In this document: piece after piece, positions 35,401 through 49,700 of the stretch | How positions within the stretch are numbered: position 1 is the stretch's first letter | How the letters are laid out: each line of letters starts with the position of its first letter | Source: Monocercomonoides exilis PA203 | Taxonomy: Eukaryota > Protista > Preaxostyla | Assembly (NCBI GenBank): GCA_001643675.2 | Contig: LSRY02000014.1 | Span: forward strand, 496,001 to 560,000 | Length of the DNA: 64,000 nt | Reading direction: 5' to 3' | Position numbers and translations under genes: made by a program | The notes under the pieces: generated by a model | The model's input: only the letters and a program-made list of their open reading frames with translations | Databases searched by the model: none | What the model was told of the DNA's origin: nothing

Positions 35401-38400
35401 GATGAGAGAAATGAAGGCTGTGAGCAGAAGACCTGTTAAAGCAGATAGTGACAACGATGAATATGAAGAAGATGATGAGGAATTGGATGGAGAAAATGAG
35501 GATATTACTGAACTGCAATGGAATGGAGAAGAAAATGCATTGGGTGAAGGAGATGTGAACGATGATGTGAATGAGGAGGATGGTCTTGAAGGATTAGCTT
35601 CTGAACGCGCAGAGGCTGACTTTCCAGATGACAAAGACTTCATTAATAAACTTGTCAAAAAAGTGAAAAGAGAAAAAAGGAAAAAGGAAAGCAGAAGAGG
35701 AAAAGAAGTGGACGAAAATGAGGATAAGGATTACATCAGCGAATATTCAAATTTGAGTGATGTCTCAGAAGATGGGATGTCATCAATTATGTCACAAAAA
35801 TCTGATGTTTCTTCAAATGAAGATGACGACGATGAAGAAAACGAGCTAAGCTTTGCTCTCCTTCGGAAGAAGGAAGAGGAGTGGCGGGCGAAAAAAGATC
35901 AAAACAAACTTCTCGAAGAACAGAAACTTGAGCTTCTTCGACTTCTTAAAGAGGAGGAAGAAGAGAAAAGCAGCAATAAGAGCGAAAGGGATGAAGTTGG
36001 TGATGATAACAGCATCAAAATTGAAGTCAAGCATAAAAGAATCAAAAGAAGTTCATCCAGATTTCTAAAAGAATACGAAAATGCTCATAAGGCATCTTCA
36101 CGTGAACTGAAAAGACCTCTTCCACCGCTTCCTCCTCATCTTCCAGCCACGCCTGATCCTGCAGCTCCTCAGAATGATCATTGGATTCCAACTCCTTCAC
36201 AGAAAATACTTGTGGATCTGCTGCTTTCTCTGGCATGCAGCAGAAAGAAGGCCAAGCCAGCCGATGAAAATGAAGAGAGCAACAGTATTTCACCTTCATC
36301 ATTTTCTGATACTCCGCCACCAACACCGCTTTCTTCCACACATGTTTTGAAGCAACATGAAAAATCCGCTCCTATTCAGTCGATTCCTGCACCTCCTTCG
36401 CTTTTAGGAGAGCCCTCTATCGTGTCTCTACAGACAACAGGGACGCTACTTTCGCTTGTAGCTGAAATAGAACGAAAAAAGATGAGAAAGAAAAGGAGGG
36501 AAATGGCTGATGCAGGAATCCCTTATTATCCACCGGAGCCAAAGAAGAAAATGAAAAAGAGATCCAAAGCTAAGGAAATTGAAGAAGGGGATGAAGGCAA
36601 AAACGAAATGCCTGATACATCTGAGCAAAGTGAGGATAAGAAAAATGCTTCTGAAGCACCTGAGTTGCTCCAAGAAGGTTTGACATCAGAACAACAACAA
36701 ACTGAAACGACTGAAGAAAATAAAGACGACAAGGAGCATTCACAGCCTTTGCCTGAAGCGATAGATCAAGTAGATCCAAGCGAGCCACAAAATATATCTT
36801 CTTCTCCATCCCCTGCTCCATCACCATCTCCCTCACCTTCATTTTCACCGTTCATGAACATGTCTGATAATGTCAATTCTGCATCAGAAGTTCTTGAACC
36901 ACCTCTCCCCCCGCTCATCCCTCCGGGTGCGGAATTTGCCTTTGCAACTGATCTGAAAAATCCCTTTTTTGGTGCTTTTGCATACAATGCACCTCTTCCT
37001 ATTTGCATGCAAAATCTATCTTTCACAGACGAGAGCTACATTGAGCCTGAGCAGCCAATCACAACTCCTCCTCCCCAAAACATCCCCACTTCATCTACTG
37101 AAGAGCAGTCTTTCATTCCTGAGAGTGTGGAGAATTCTTCTGATAATCAATCTGCAGTTCTTTCTTCAGTGATGATGCCTCCTGTTACTCTCGATGGTCT
37201 TCCGCCACCACCTCCTTCACCTCCATATCCGCCCTATATTCCGTTTCGTAATCGCGATCCATTACCGCTGATGCCATTGCAACCCCCACCGATCAATCCG
37301 GACAATTTGGAAGGAGCATCACTGCTATTGATGTATCTCTTAGGTCGTGTCTCACATTTCTTCCGCTTTTGTGATGTAGAAACTGGAGCAATCTCGAACA
37401 TAGAATCAAACGAAAAGTCCTTCGAAAATAATAACAAAGCTTCTGCGAAGAAAAAGGCATCATGCGAAGCGTTATCTCTTCCCGTGCCTCATCCATCATT
37501 ATCAAAGAAACCATTGCCAATGTCATCTCTTTTTAATGAAGAGCTTTTAATTTTCCACAATGACGTGGAGATCAGCCGAGAGGACATATTTTGGCGTACT
37601 TTTGATGGAATGTTCCTGAAGAAGCTAAGCTCACCAACAACGCTCTTCTTCTATTCTCCTGCGCGCAGGCAAAAAGTGTGGGAACGCCTTCACAAAAAGA
37701 AAGTGAGCAGAAAAGTTTTTCTGAAAGTCCAAAGAGAAAACGAAAGAGAGCAAGAAAGAAAAAGAGAGAGGATTGCAATGCAGGCAGCAGCAGAGCAAGA
37801 GCAGCTTCTTCGACCCATCACAGTTGCTGTTCAGAATCAACAGCCACAGCCTCGACCAGAAAACGTATTGTCTTCATATTCCCTTCTTCAGCATAATCAG
37901 CCAATAGAGCAAATGGGGCAACGAAAAGCCATTGATCTTGCTCGTCGTACAGCTCCAATCCAAATATCAGAAGGTGTATCACTCAGAGGAATGAAAGCAG
38001 AAAATGCACACAAGCAACAGCTGGAGCTGGCTGAAGCAAGACGAGAGGAGCGGCTGCGCAAACAGCAGATGCGCTTGAGGGAGGAAGAAGAAAAGCAAAG
38101 GAGAAAGGAGAGAGAAACAGCAATGTTGATGCTTGTAAAAGATGCTACAATGATACAAAGAGACGCAATAAAGAAGGAGGAGGATATCAAAAAAGTGGCA
38201 AAGTTAATGGCCTCCAATCAAAACATTGGAGCGATGCAGCAAAAAAAGGCATATGAAGAACAACATTTAATTCAGCGCCAGCAGGCGCTTTTGGCTCAGA
38301 AAAGAATGTCAGAACTTGAAGAGAGTAAAATTGAAGCATTCGATATTCTGGTTGGTGGAGGAAAAGCTTTTCATACAAAAGGAATACCAAAAATGAAAAA

Positions 38401-39289
38401 GACACCAGAGGAAATTGAAAGAGAGAAGCGAATTGCGCGCATGAAAGCAGCACGTGAGCTTGGCAAACTATATGGGCACGGCTTCATCCCTGAGGAAGGA
38501 ATACCCCTTTCTGAACTTATTGAAAATGGGCCAAAAGGCGACAGGCACATAGATGTTCAGAAGCATCTTGGCTTGAAATTACTTAATGAAGCTAAATTTC
38601 AACCGCAGCATTTCGAACAAAAGAAAATGCAACATCAGACATCATCATTTTTATCTCAAAATTCTCATCAACTCGCTGAGGGTAATCATTTACCTGGAAC
38701 AGATCAACTTTTCTCACAGAATCATTCACATCTCACATCACTACCCATCTCACAAACATCTCACTTTGTTCCTACTCTTCTGGAGCAGCAACATCCTCAT
38801 CCACTTCGTCAATCTTTCACTTTGGAATCATCATCTAGTATCACTTCGCCATCAATGCAAATACAGCAAAATCCTCTTTCCCTTTCTTCTTCATCATCAT
38901 CCTTAAATATTCAGTCAGAGATAGCTCCGACATCAATCTCTCCAATGATTCAATCTGTATATTTTCAGGCACCAGCTGAAATGAAGCAGAACTTGGAACT
39001 GGCTGAATCAAAGAAAAATGGTCCAGTGCTTGAATTTTCCTCTGACAGCAATGGCATTCCTAGCGTCATGTCTGATATTGTATCTCCAACTAGAAACCAG
39101 TTCGCATCACTTCCAGAAGATGATAATAAAGCATCTGCTCATTTCGCTCCCTCTTTTCTTTCCGTTCAAGCTGGATTGAAAAAAGATCCCTCCAAAGTAT
39201 CTATCATCCCAGACTTACTTCTCAAAAGTCGTATTGAAGAAGAGATTTCGCAATTTAGCTGGGAAGAGGAAGCCAACTTGTCAAAATGA
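26444..39289 (+). CDS. Giant (~4,190 aa) protein with N-terminal calponin-homology-like domain, coiled coils and helical blocks separated by low-complexity inserts
   Basis: join(26444..26771,26825..26893,26945..32311,32475..39289): all three phase-1 GT-AG introns keep the frame and merge the 1822-aa and 2258-aa ORFs. The N-terminus (LARWL..LVNGTMFQLLL..NFGYLYIYLEKLGI..DI..NAILYLLSCVH) fits the CH helix pattern. Confidence 0.7.
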
Positions 39290-39741
39290 ATTGTTAAGCA
39301 TATTATATTGGAAACATTAGTGAAAAGAGCTTTTAAATATTAAGGTAATTACTTTTAGAAATTTCAGTATTATTTTGTTGATGCGATCATTTTTTCGTTT
39401 GTTATATTTTTCGCATAATTTTTATGAATAACTATATATGCCTGGTTGATTTCATCCTCGTATTTTATTCTTTTTTGTAACTTTTTATTGGTGTATTAAA
39501 TTTTATTTAAAGGCAAATTGGACTGCTTGTCATTTTCTCAAAAATGTATTGATGGCTTTCTTCATAAAAGAAAAAAAATTCCTTTAATTCTAAAAAAGAG
39601 AAATTTGCAAAAGAAGATAATGGAATCAAAACCTGAATGACGAATTATTATTTTTGTTGCCACGTCCGTCAGTGAATTGTATTCACGTTAATTTAATGAG
39701 CATGAAATTATATAATTTCAATAACAATTCGTTATGGAGAG

Positions 39742-40128
39742 TGATGCAGATATCGCGCAAAATACCGGACAAGATCGATTTCTCTATCTCTGCAAGAGAA
39801 TTAATTCTGACAATTTTCCTTCATATATCGAAACAATACTTTCTCAGTTGATATACGAGTCTTTCAAAATAGACTCTTTAGTGTTCAGCAAAAATGATTT
39901 TCAAAATTTCGAAGAAACTCAATATCCTATTTCTCCGAGAATTAAATAATAAATTATTTCTGAACATAAACGAGGAAGTTTTGAAAGTTTTTCATATGAA
40001 ATGAGTTTGTATTGATGAGATATATTTGGAGGAAAATTATCAGAATATTTCCTCTTGTGGTAATTGTGAAATAGATCTTGTCCGGTCTTTAATACAGATG
40101 TCCGGTATTTTATGCGAGATCTGTGTCA
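39742..40128. repeat. Long degenerate inverted repeat (fold-back hairpin)
   Basis: ACCGGACAAGATC (39764-39776) pairs with GATCTTGTCCGGT (40074-40086). Pairing continues inward through ATTCTGAyAATTTTCCT, CTTTCAAAA and TGTTCAG blocks to a ~12-nt loop (39918-39929), and outward to 39742/40128. Confidence 0.85.
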
Positions 40129-43100
40129 ATATATGTGATACTTTTGAAATCATTATGTTTCAGAAATCGCTCCATTTGCAGAATCTTTAATTGTTTTCAA
40201 AATTACTGAATCATCCAAGTTTGCTATTTTCCATGAGATAAAACAACAAATTATGAAATGCAAAACATGGAAAAAACCACAAAATTGTTGTTCAAAAAAT
40301 TTGAAGAATTTTTATGAAAACCGAACTCAAATAATAGAAGTTCACAAACCTTGAAGGATCAAGGGGAAATGGTTTCAAAAAAAAAACAATCATCAGAATT
40401 CTATAAAATGTAAAATTATTCAAAGTTGCTTGCCTGACTTTGAGATTACGCAACAAAAAATACAATCTATGTGTGTATCCTTTTTTTATTAAAAAAAATG
40501 TTTCATCTTAAAATCTCAATGTTTCATTCACAATTGCATTTTTTCACTGATTTCTTTAAAAACCGTGTGAATCTGTAATTATTTCGGAAAAACTTTTGAA
40601 TGACACCTTCAAATTTTGAATAAAAAATGTTTTTTCATCAACAAAGTTTACTCAACTGTTTATTACAAATTATTAATTTAAACGGATTATTGATCTCGTT
40701 CTTTTTTTGTCTCAGAGAATCTCAAAATCTCAACTTCTTTCTCCATTATTCTTTAACAAAAAAAGGAACTTGTGAAATCCACAGATAAATCAAGAAAAAA
40801 TACAAAAAAATTGATAATGAAAGTGAGATATTCATATAATAAAAAGAAAAATAAAAAGAAATAAAGAACTGTATTTTTCTTCTCTGAAATCGGGGCAAAA
40901 TTCTTGTATTTATGAAAAAATCAACGATTTGATCCAAACTTTTTCCACAATAATTTCATTATAAATCAACAGCAACCATGCAAATAATTACATAAAATTC
41001 AAAAATTGAGAAAAATATTTGTAAGAGAAGAATAGAACAAAATTCAAAAAGCAAAAAATATTGTTTAATTATGTTGTGTACCCATTACAGAATGAAAATA
41101 TTCAACAGATCTTTGAAAGCTAATTTCTTACGTTAAAAGCAAGAATTGAATATATGAGATGAAACAAAAGAATTAACAATTCAATTATCTTTTAATATTC
41201 GCACTAATGCGATCAACGATGCGCAGAAAGAATGCCATTATCACTTTCATAAATAAATTCATTTCTACCCCCCGAAATTGGCGAAGGTGTCAAATTAAAG
41301 CCATAAAAACAGTATAAAGATCATTGTGGCAAGCAATATCGCAAATCCAGAAAAAAAGCTAACGAAACAGGCAAATTGAGTCAAATGCAAGTATTTATGG
41401 ATTTTTCGTTGAAATGGAAGCAAGCGCCAGCAACAAACAGTTCCAAAAGAGTTGTTTTTAATGCATGAGAAAACTCAAATGGAACATGTATCAAGATAAA
41501 AAAAAATGAGCAAGCTTTTGGTTCATTTGCTGTGTTCGAAAGAACTGAAAAGTACAAACTTAAATGAGGAAACAGAAGATCTCGAAGATGCTAATAATAG
41601 AGATTGTATAACTACAAATAAAGCTTCTTGGAGGAATATTTGTTTTCGCTTCAATCCCAGAGCAGTGACTTGCCTTCACGAAATACTCATGAAATCTTTG
41701 AATGCGTGTGAAAGATTCCTCCTTCAAAGTTTCAAAACTCAGAATCTTGAACATGCGTCCATTTTAAAGCACTTGCACTTACAGCTTTGCGGGTGAGATT
41801 GTCTTTCTGCCAGCCTTTTTTCAAGTGTGATCTATCGCAGTTTTTTTTGGTTTTATAAATTCATTCCATCCTCTTTCAAGTTTATCCATTGAATAGTTGA
41901 CTTACACAGACTATAACTGGTTTTTTTTATGTATTCCCGCTTAAAGATGGGTTTTTGGAAATTCACTTTCGGAACTTTGATTGAAATCACTAAACTCTTG
42001 TTTTCAGTTTTGGTGAAAGTGATTTATCTTCTTCTGATTCGCGTTCCGTTGGCAAATTCTTTTCCAGAAGGCAAGCGGCATTTCCCTTCAAAGAAGTTCG
42101 CGAAGGATGCTTATTGAGAAATTGAACAGAAGAAGAGTACCAAAAGGGATGCCACTTGAAGGAATGCACACAAGGAAGAAGAGAAAAAACAAGGCGAAAA
42201 CGGACATTTGAAAATGGGCAAATGTTTCAATTGAAAAAGAAAAGAAAAAGGAAAAGAAAAGAAATGAAAAGAAATAAGGACAGAACAAAGCAATTCGAAT
42301 GAATATTAGGAAAAATAGAAAGAACTCATTCAACAGCAGGCAACAACAAAGAAGTATTTCCGTTCAATTGCAACATTGACGAAAGAATTTTGAAAGCTGG
42401 ATTTTGAATATCTTTTGTGAGAGGCAGCTTGCTGTGGTGATTGTGAAGTTTGTATTTAACTTGATTTTGTGAATTTATTTTATCATTTTTAACATCCATA
42501 TTCCCCACTTCTTATGTGCATTTGATTTGTCTATTTCAAACAATGATTGCTTTCTTCCAATGAAAATAGAATTAATGACAATAGCGTTTGATATTGTTGT
42601 TGCGTGTTTCAGCAGACTCGAGCAGATGCATTGAAGAGATCCAACGTGCCAAACTGCTTTGTCTGTGTTTGGCGAGCTTTCTCTCTCGCTTTCATTTCAT
42701 CGCTCTGCTGTTTGCATCTCGATTATGGGCTGTTTGTCAATTGTTATTCTGCAGAAGATTCGAAAAGAAAAGTGCTCTGTTCGTTATTGTCAAAAAAAAA
42801 AAATACGAGGAAAATGCTTCAACTTACCACAAAACAGACACGCGAGATACTTTGTACTGGAACGAATAGAGGCTGTGTGTTTTGAAGGCAGAAGAGAAGG
42901 AAGGAGCAGAGCTTGCAGAAGCTGAGACAGAAATGTCGAAACGTGAAGGAACAATTATTGAACGATGATGAGAGTGCTTGTGAAGCAGATGAACTGTTTA
43001 TTGCCGAAGAAAGGAAATGGAAAATTACGAAACAAAAGCAGAAAAGAAGAAAAAAATATTGAACACTGCAGGGAAATGACAGCTGAAGGCAGAATAATGA

Positions 43101-43777
43101 ATGGAAAGGAAATTTTGAATGAAATGAATGTTGAAAGATTGCGTTTTTGCGATGAACGTGAAAGATCCTTCCTTTTCCTTTTTATGGTTATCACCTTCTT
43201 TGAACGAACAACCTTGCTTCAACGGTTTGGATTGACTTTTATTATTATTTTCATCATCTCACATTTTTCTTTGAAACTCAAAAAATTTATTTGTTTATTC
43301 ATTTCAGTGCTTACAATTTTACCTATTTTTTGTCGAGCTTGTTTCTTCAGTTTTCACATTAAACCTTCAATATTATTTTACTAGCACTTGCAGTGAAGTC
43401 AAGTCATTGTTGTTTGCATTGGGGATTATTTTTTATTGAATCAGAAAATGCATTATATCGGTATAAATTGTTTGAGTAGAAATATTTATTTTTTTCTCTT
43501 CCAAACTTTGTGAAAAGAATAAAATATGTTTTCTTCATTTGTATTATCATTTTTCATTTTTTGATTCTTTTTTCATATAATAAAATTTTAATTCTTTAAT
43601 TATCATTGATTCTATATTTATTTCAAAAACGCAAATAGATCAAATTACATGTGCCCTTTGACTTGAAGAGAGCAGTTAAAAAGCCCAGTGTTGAAGCAAT
43701 ACAAGGAAAGAGGATCACAGTTATTATTGCGGGAATGATCAGAAGTATTCAACATTCAACGTTGAGATTTGTTGGCC

Positions 43778-46700
43778 ATGCAAGCATCAAATTGTTTGTT
43801 TGTTGTACTTCTGTCTTTTGCTGTCAACATGGCAACATGTGGAGGTTTGATGGATAATTACTGGTCAAAGGAGAGTGAGGAAATGAGTGAAACATCAAAT
43901 GTGCATCTTTTAATTCCACCTGCTTGCTTGCAGATGCTGCCGAATAACGACAATCCACCGGGGGATATGGAGAAAAATGATGGGAGAGAGAGTCAACACT
44001 GCGGGAGTTCAACTCGAATTGATGTGAGCATACACATAATGAATTCCACTTTTTCAGTATGGAATGTTGAGATTTATGCAAGAGAGAAAATTTCAGTGTT
44101 TTTCATCAACGAATCTTCGATATCTTTGAGCTACTGCTCGATGAAATATTCAGCAAAAAGATGCATTCCTCCATTCGCGCAAACTGGTGGTTGCTTGTGT
44201 TGCGAGAATATTTCACTCACAACATCTGCTGCTGAAAATGGCATTCCTTCGTTGATGGCTTCCCATTTGGTTGGAGATATTTTGATCCAAGAAACATCAA
44301 ACAGAGTGAGTGTATCCAATTCTGCATTTTCGTCTCTGCAACTTCTGTCTTCTCCGTTTCTTTCTTCGTCAGGAAAAGAAGATGTGAATTTGGCAAGATC
44401 TTCATTTTGCAACATGTCGATCGCTTCAGCACAAACAATCAGAATTCCTTCTTCTTTTTCAGAGAGTTTGAATTTGATTTCAGGATGCTCGTTCTGCGAA
44501 GTTTGCGAAGTCTTTTATGGAGGCATTGTTCGATCAATAAACACTGCAGGCACAGCACTGCTTTCATCCAACAACACATATCATCGATGCATCAGAAATG
44601 CAAATGCTAATGCACACTATTCAGGAGAATCAGGACATCAAGTTCTGACACAGTCAGAAACATTTGAAGATGACACATTTGATGGATGCATTTCCCCAGA
44701 TTATGGTGGTGGAATTAATCTATTTCGTTTCAAAGTTCAATTAGTTGTGAGAAGATGCAAGTTTATTTCGTATGCTATAGTCTTATTTCACATATTAAAC
44801 AGATTCATGTTTTTTTTTTATATATTTTCCATTTCTTTTTATTCATTGAATTATATTTCTTAATTTCGTTTGTTTTTAAACAACTCTATGTACACATGTG
44901 AAGTTGCACAGCTCCTCATATTGGAGCCATTTGTGTGAGTGGAGCTTTAGTAGCGAGTATTGGAGAGTCTAATTTTTCTTTTTGCTATTCAACTTCAAAC
45001 GGTGTTGGAGCTGTTCAATGCTATAATACATCTGAAGGATCGGTTCTTCTATTCGGTTGCCTTTTTGATAGATGCAATTCCAGTAACTATTACGCTGGTG
45101 CAGTGAGGTTGGTGAAGATTTTTGGGAAAGATGGAAAGAAAGTTGATCCATTCTTAGTCGATAATTGCACTTTTTTGAAGAACAAAGCAGGATCTTTAGC
45201 GGGAGCCTTATTAGTGGAATACGAACTTGAAACTTCATTTCTTTTGAAAGAATCTGCGTTTCAGAGGAACATAGCTGAAAATGAAGGTGGGGCATTTGTA
45301 ATAAAACAGAACTCATCCGAAGAGATTAGTGGATCGTTAGTATTTGTGAAATATTGCTTTTTTGATGGAAACATTGCAGGAATCGGAAATGGTCATGATG
45401 TTTACATTGTTTATCCGAATTTGATTGACTGTCCATTTGAATTATCATATTCGACCACAGAAAAGCAAAGAGTTTGGTTCAATAGCAGTCAAACATATTA
45501 TGATTCCTGGCTTGGGCTGGGGTTGCTGAAGCGTTATGTTTCCAGCAACGGAAGTGATGCTGAGTTGCTTTGTGGGGAATCGGAAGACAAACCCTGCAAA
45601 ACGATTGAAAGAGCTGTGAGAAATTCAGGATATGCCATGATACAAGGAGTGAAGCTGATGATCTCCATATTTGCTCCACTTGCTTCGATTGACTGTGGAG
45701 AAAAGCACATTGAACTTGCTGGAGAAAGCCATCTTAACTCAATTGTTCGAACACAATCGTTGGAAGCCTCTTCAGTTTTATTCAGCATGTCGAATGGGAG
45801 TTTGATGATAACAGCAATTCAAATCCAACATGATTCAGCAGTACATCCATCTCCACGACTTTTTATGGTAAGCTCTTCCGCAGGAGTGCTTTCTTTGTCT
45901 GATGTTCTCGTTTTATCCCCAGCATCTGAGTCAGGAGGAAGCGAAATAGATTCATCACCATTTGTGTTGAATATGAACTGCATTTCGCTGGAAAATGTGG
46001 AGATTCAGAATATGGTTCTTTCAGTGCCAATCTTCAGTGAAGTTGAACTATCTTCGAGAAATTCTCCAAGAATAGTGAATGTGACCTTTGAGAACATCAC
46101 AAGAGCCACTGGAAGTGGATCTATTTTCTCCAGTTCATTAGATTCTGGAAGTTCTTTTGGCTTGTCAAACACAACGCTGAAAATGTGCTCTTGTGCAAAT
46201 GGCAATGGGGGAGGGATTCACTTTTCGATGCAAACAGGAAGCGAATTGCGAATTGGAGGCAATTCAAATGTGATGTTTGAGTCATGTTCATCACCTGCTG
46301 ATGAAACAAAAAAAGGGAAAGGAGGGGCGATGCATCTGGCATGCCTGAGCAACGAATGCAGTTTCAGGATTGAGCTTTGTGCCTTTGTTGGATGTGATGC
46401 CTGGAGAGGAAAGAATGTATTTGTGGAAGCGCAGAGCCTGTCGAAGGTCATCAGCAATGCATCACTTGGATTTCGTCCCCAAATTGGAATCAACTCGACA
46501 AACTTCGGTGAGTTGAGCGGTATTGAAAGAGGCAATCCTGAGATTATTATTCCGCTTGCCTTGTTTCTGCGAGCTTTTCAGCCACCTGCATATGTGAGTG
46601 GAAAAGCAAATGGAAATGATTTAAGGTTGTGCGGTTATGCTGATTATCCATGCCAAACGATTGAAAAAGCTGCAGAGCATCGGTTTCCAGAATCGAAACG

Positions 46701-49700
46701 AGTTGTGAGGCTTGTGAACACATTTGGATTTGTGGAGGAAATAACTTTGAGCGAGCAGTCATATGAAATAGATTCGAGTGACAAAGCTATTGGATTGAGA
46801 GTGGAGACAATAGAACCAAAAGAGCACGACTGGTTGGTGAAAAACAATGTTACTACAACACTCACAAACATCACCTTTGAGCTGGGGCAATCGATTTCAG
46901 GGCGTTCCACATTTGTATATTCGTTGGCCGGAGACATGAGAATTATTGACTGTGCGATTGATGGGATGGACAATGCAAATACGATTGGGTATATATTTGC
47001 CAGAGCGAGCGGTGGGTATATGCAGATGCTGAGGCTGAGATGTGGGGCTGAGAGAGAGGTGTTGTTTGAAAGTTACATGGTGCTTGTGGATGGAAGTGCG
47101 AAATGCACAATTGATCTATTGACAATGAACAATGTGAGAGCAAGCGGGAGTGGAGGAGTGATCAGAATGGCCACAAGCAATTCAGTATCAATTCAGAATT
47201 GTTCATTTGGAGATTGTGCTTTGGAGAAGAGTGGGATGATTCACATTGAGGTGTGCTCGTTGTTGGAGCTGAAGAACACATCATTTGAAAACATCACGAG
47301 AACAGATGGGGATGGTGCAAGCATTTCTTTGCAAGCAGACGAAGCAAGCAGATTTGTTGTTGATATAGAGAACTGCTCATTGAAAGGATGCGGAGTGTCT
47401 GGAAATGGCAATGGGGGAGGAGGAATGCACGCAGTGCTGGAAAAGGCGAGCGAGTTGTATGTTTCATCGACGAAGCTTGAAGCATGTAGCGCACCCTCAG
47501 GAAGTGGAACGAATGGGAGAGGAGGAGGGATGCTGCTTCATCTTTTGGATGCTGAGGCAAGATTTGAGCTATCAGAAACACTTGTTTTCAGATTGAACGA
47601 GGCAGAGCATGGAGCAGATCTGTTTGTGCAATCTCCAGATTTGGCAACAAGTGTGAGAAAAGAACAGATTCAATTTCCAATTCACATTTCTGATCTCAGC
47701 TCTTTGGCGATGGGAATTGACTCAAAGTGGGGAGATTTGATCATTCCATTGAAATATTACCTTGCAGACGATCCTGAGTGGATGTTCATGAGCAACAGTG
47801 GGGTGGATGTTGTTGTTTGTGGATTTGAAGAGTTCAGGTGCCAAACAGTTGATTATGCATTGAAGAGAGTGATGGGGAAAGAAAGAAAAGTGCGATTTGG
47901 AGAAACGTATTCATTTTCAGAGAGTGTGATACTGAACGAAAGTGAAGGATACGAGTTTTGTGGGGTCGCAACTAGAACAAGGATGGAAATGAAGGGGAAT
48001 GAGACTGGCAGTGAATGCATGATTGAAGTTTTTTCGAGAGTCGAGTTTGAGCTGTTTGTTCACATTCTTGCTGGATCGCTTCCATCTGTTCAAACAAGTG
48101 TGTTTCAAGTATCAGGAGCTGGCGGAGAGTTGCAAATCGAAGATTGTGCAATTGAATGCGAGCCTTCTGTGATTCAGTGCAATTATTCGTTCATTCGCCT
48201 TCAAAGTGGAAGTCTTTCTGTTGCAGGGTTGAGGATAGAAGCTGTGCAGTTTACATCAGCTCCCATCCTGTGCCTGAAAGGAAATGGAAAAGCATTGATA
48301 AATAATGTCTTTATCAGCGATGCGCAAATGATAGACACAAATGGTCTAATTGAGTACACCTCCGAGAATTCACTTTCGCTGGCTAATGTGACAGCACAAA
48401 GCTGTGGAAACAAAAATTGCGGATTCATTAGTGACAGAAAAGGGGGAGATCTTTCGATTGCAAACAGCTCATTTCAGGGTGTGAATGAATTGGAAGGGAA
48501 TGGAAGTGTTGTGAATGGAGTGATTGGTGATGAGTGCAGGATGAGTATTTATGACGTTGAGATTGAAGGCTGTGGAACATCAAAGGGATGCGGGGGAGGA
48601 ATAAGTGTGGTTCTGAAAGGAACAGGAGTGATGAGGCTGGGAATTGTGGAGAGTGAGACATATTTTGGGAAGTGCTCAGCCATTGGCGAAGGATCAGTTG
48701 GGGGATATGGAGGGGGAGTGATGCTGAGGTGTGAGGAAGGAGGAAGAGATTTTGTGATGACGAAGTTGACTTTTGGAACGGAAGAGGCAGCCAATTCAGC
48801 AAGTTTTGGAGGCAAGAATGTGATGATGGAGTGCGAGAGCTTGTCAGAGCTTGTGAATGAAACATCGTTCAATTTTTCGTTTGAGGTTGATGTTGACAAG
48901 AATCCGGATTTGAAGGAGTTGATGGGAATGGAAAATGGAAGTGTTGGTCAGCTGATTCCGCTTGTGGTGCTGTTTCGCGAAAAACCCACAGTTGGATATG
49001 TTCATGGGAGAGATGGAGGAATGGATCACGCAAAGTGTGGGTATTTTGATTTTCCGTGCAGAACACTGAAATATGCAGGGAAAGCCTTGTTTGGAACATC
49101 ATTGGCAGTGCTGCGTCTGCTATCTTCTTTTTCAATTGAAGAAGAAATTGTTATTGATTCACAGACAATGACAATTGACGGAGAGATGCAGATGCAACGA
49201 ATTGTTGTGGATGGATCAGGAGGAGGAGAGAGGGAAAAGGAAAGCATGATTGAAACAATGCAAAATGTGAAATTTTTCAATTTGGCATTTGTTGTTTCAA
49301 GGTTTGCAGAATCGATGAAGAACAGTGTGTTTCTGTGCAGTGGCAACATTTTGAGAATTGAAGGATGTTCATTTGCAACCAAAGAAGGGATAGTTGAGGC
49401 AACATGTGTTTGTTGCAGAGGAGGAAAGATTGAGATGGTGAAATGTGAATTCGGGAACTTTGAGACACTTGGAAAAGGGATGATTGTGATTGATGGTGTT
49501 GGCGTGGAAGGTCTGATTGATGAAGTGACAATTTGGAATGCAATAAGGGAAGGAGGAGGGAGTGTGGTGGAATTGAAGCAGGGGAAGGAAGTAGTGATTG
49601 CAAACTCAACGCTGAAAGAAACAGACTTTGCTTATGGGAATATGTTTGCGATTGGAAATGGAGAGGAGGGATATGGAACGAGTCTGACGATGAAGAACAA

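Noticed and set aside
39734-39949. 71-aa ORF on the left hairpin arm
   Set aside because: The homologous arm has a stop and indels in that frame, and differences show no codon-position bias.
40200-43700. Short ORFs (41506..41796, 42588..42925, 42965..43384) as genes
   Set aside because: No motifs and no consistent exon chain; treated as intergenic or decayed sequence that I cannot assign.
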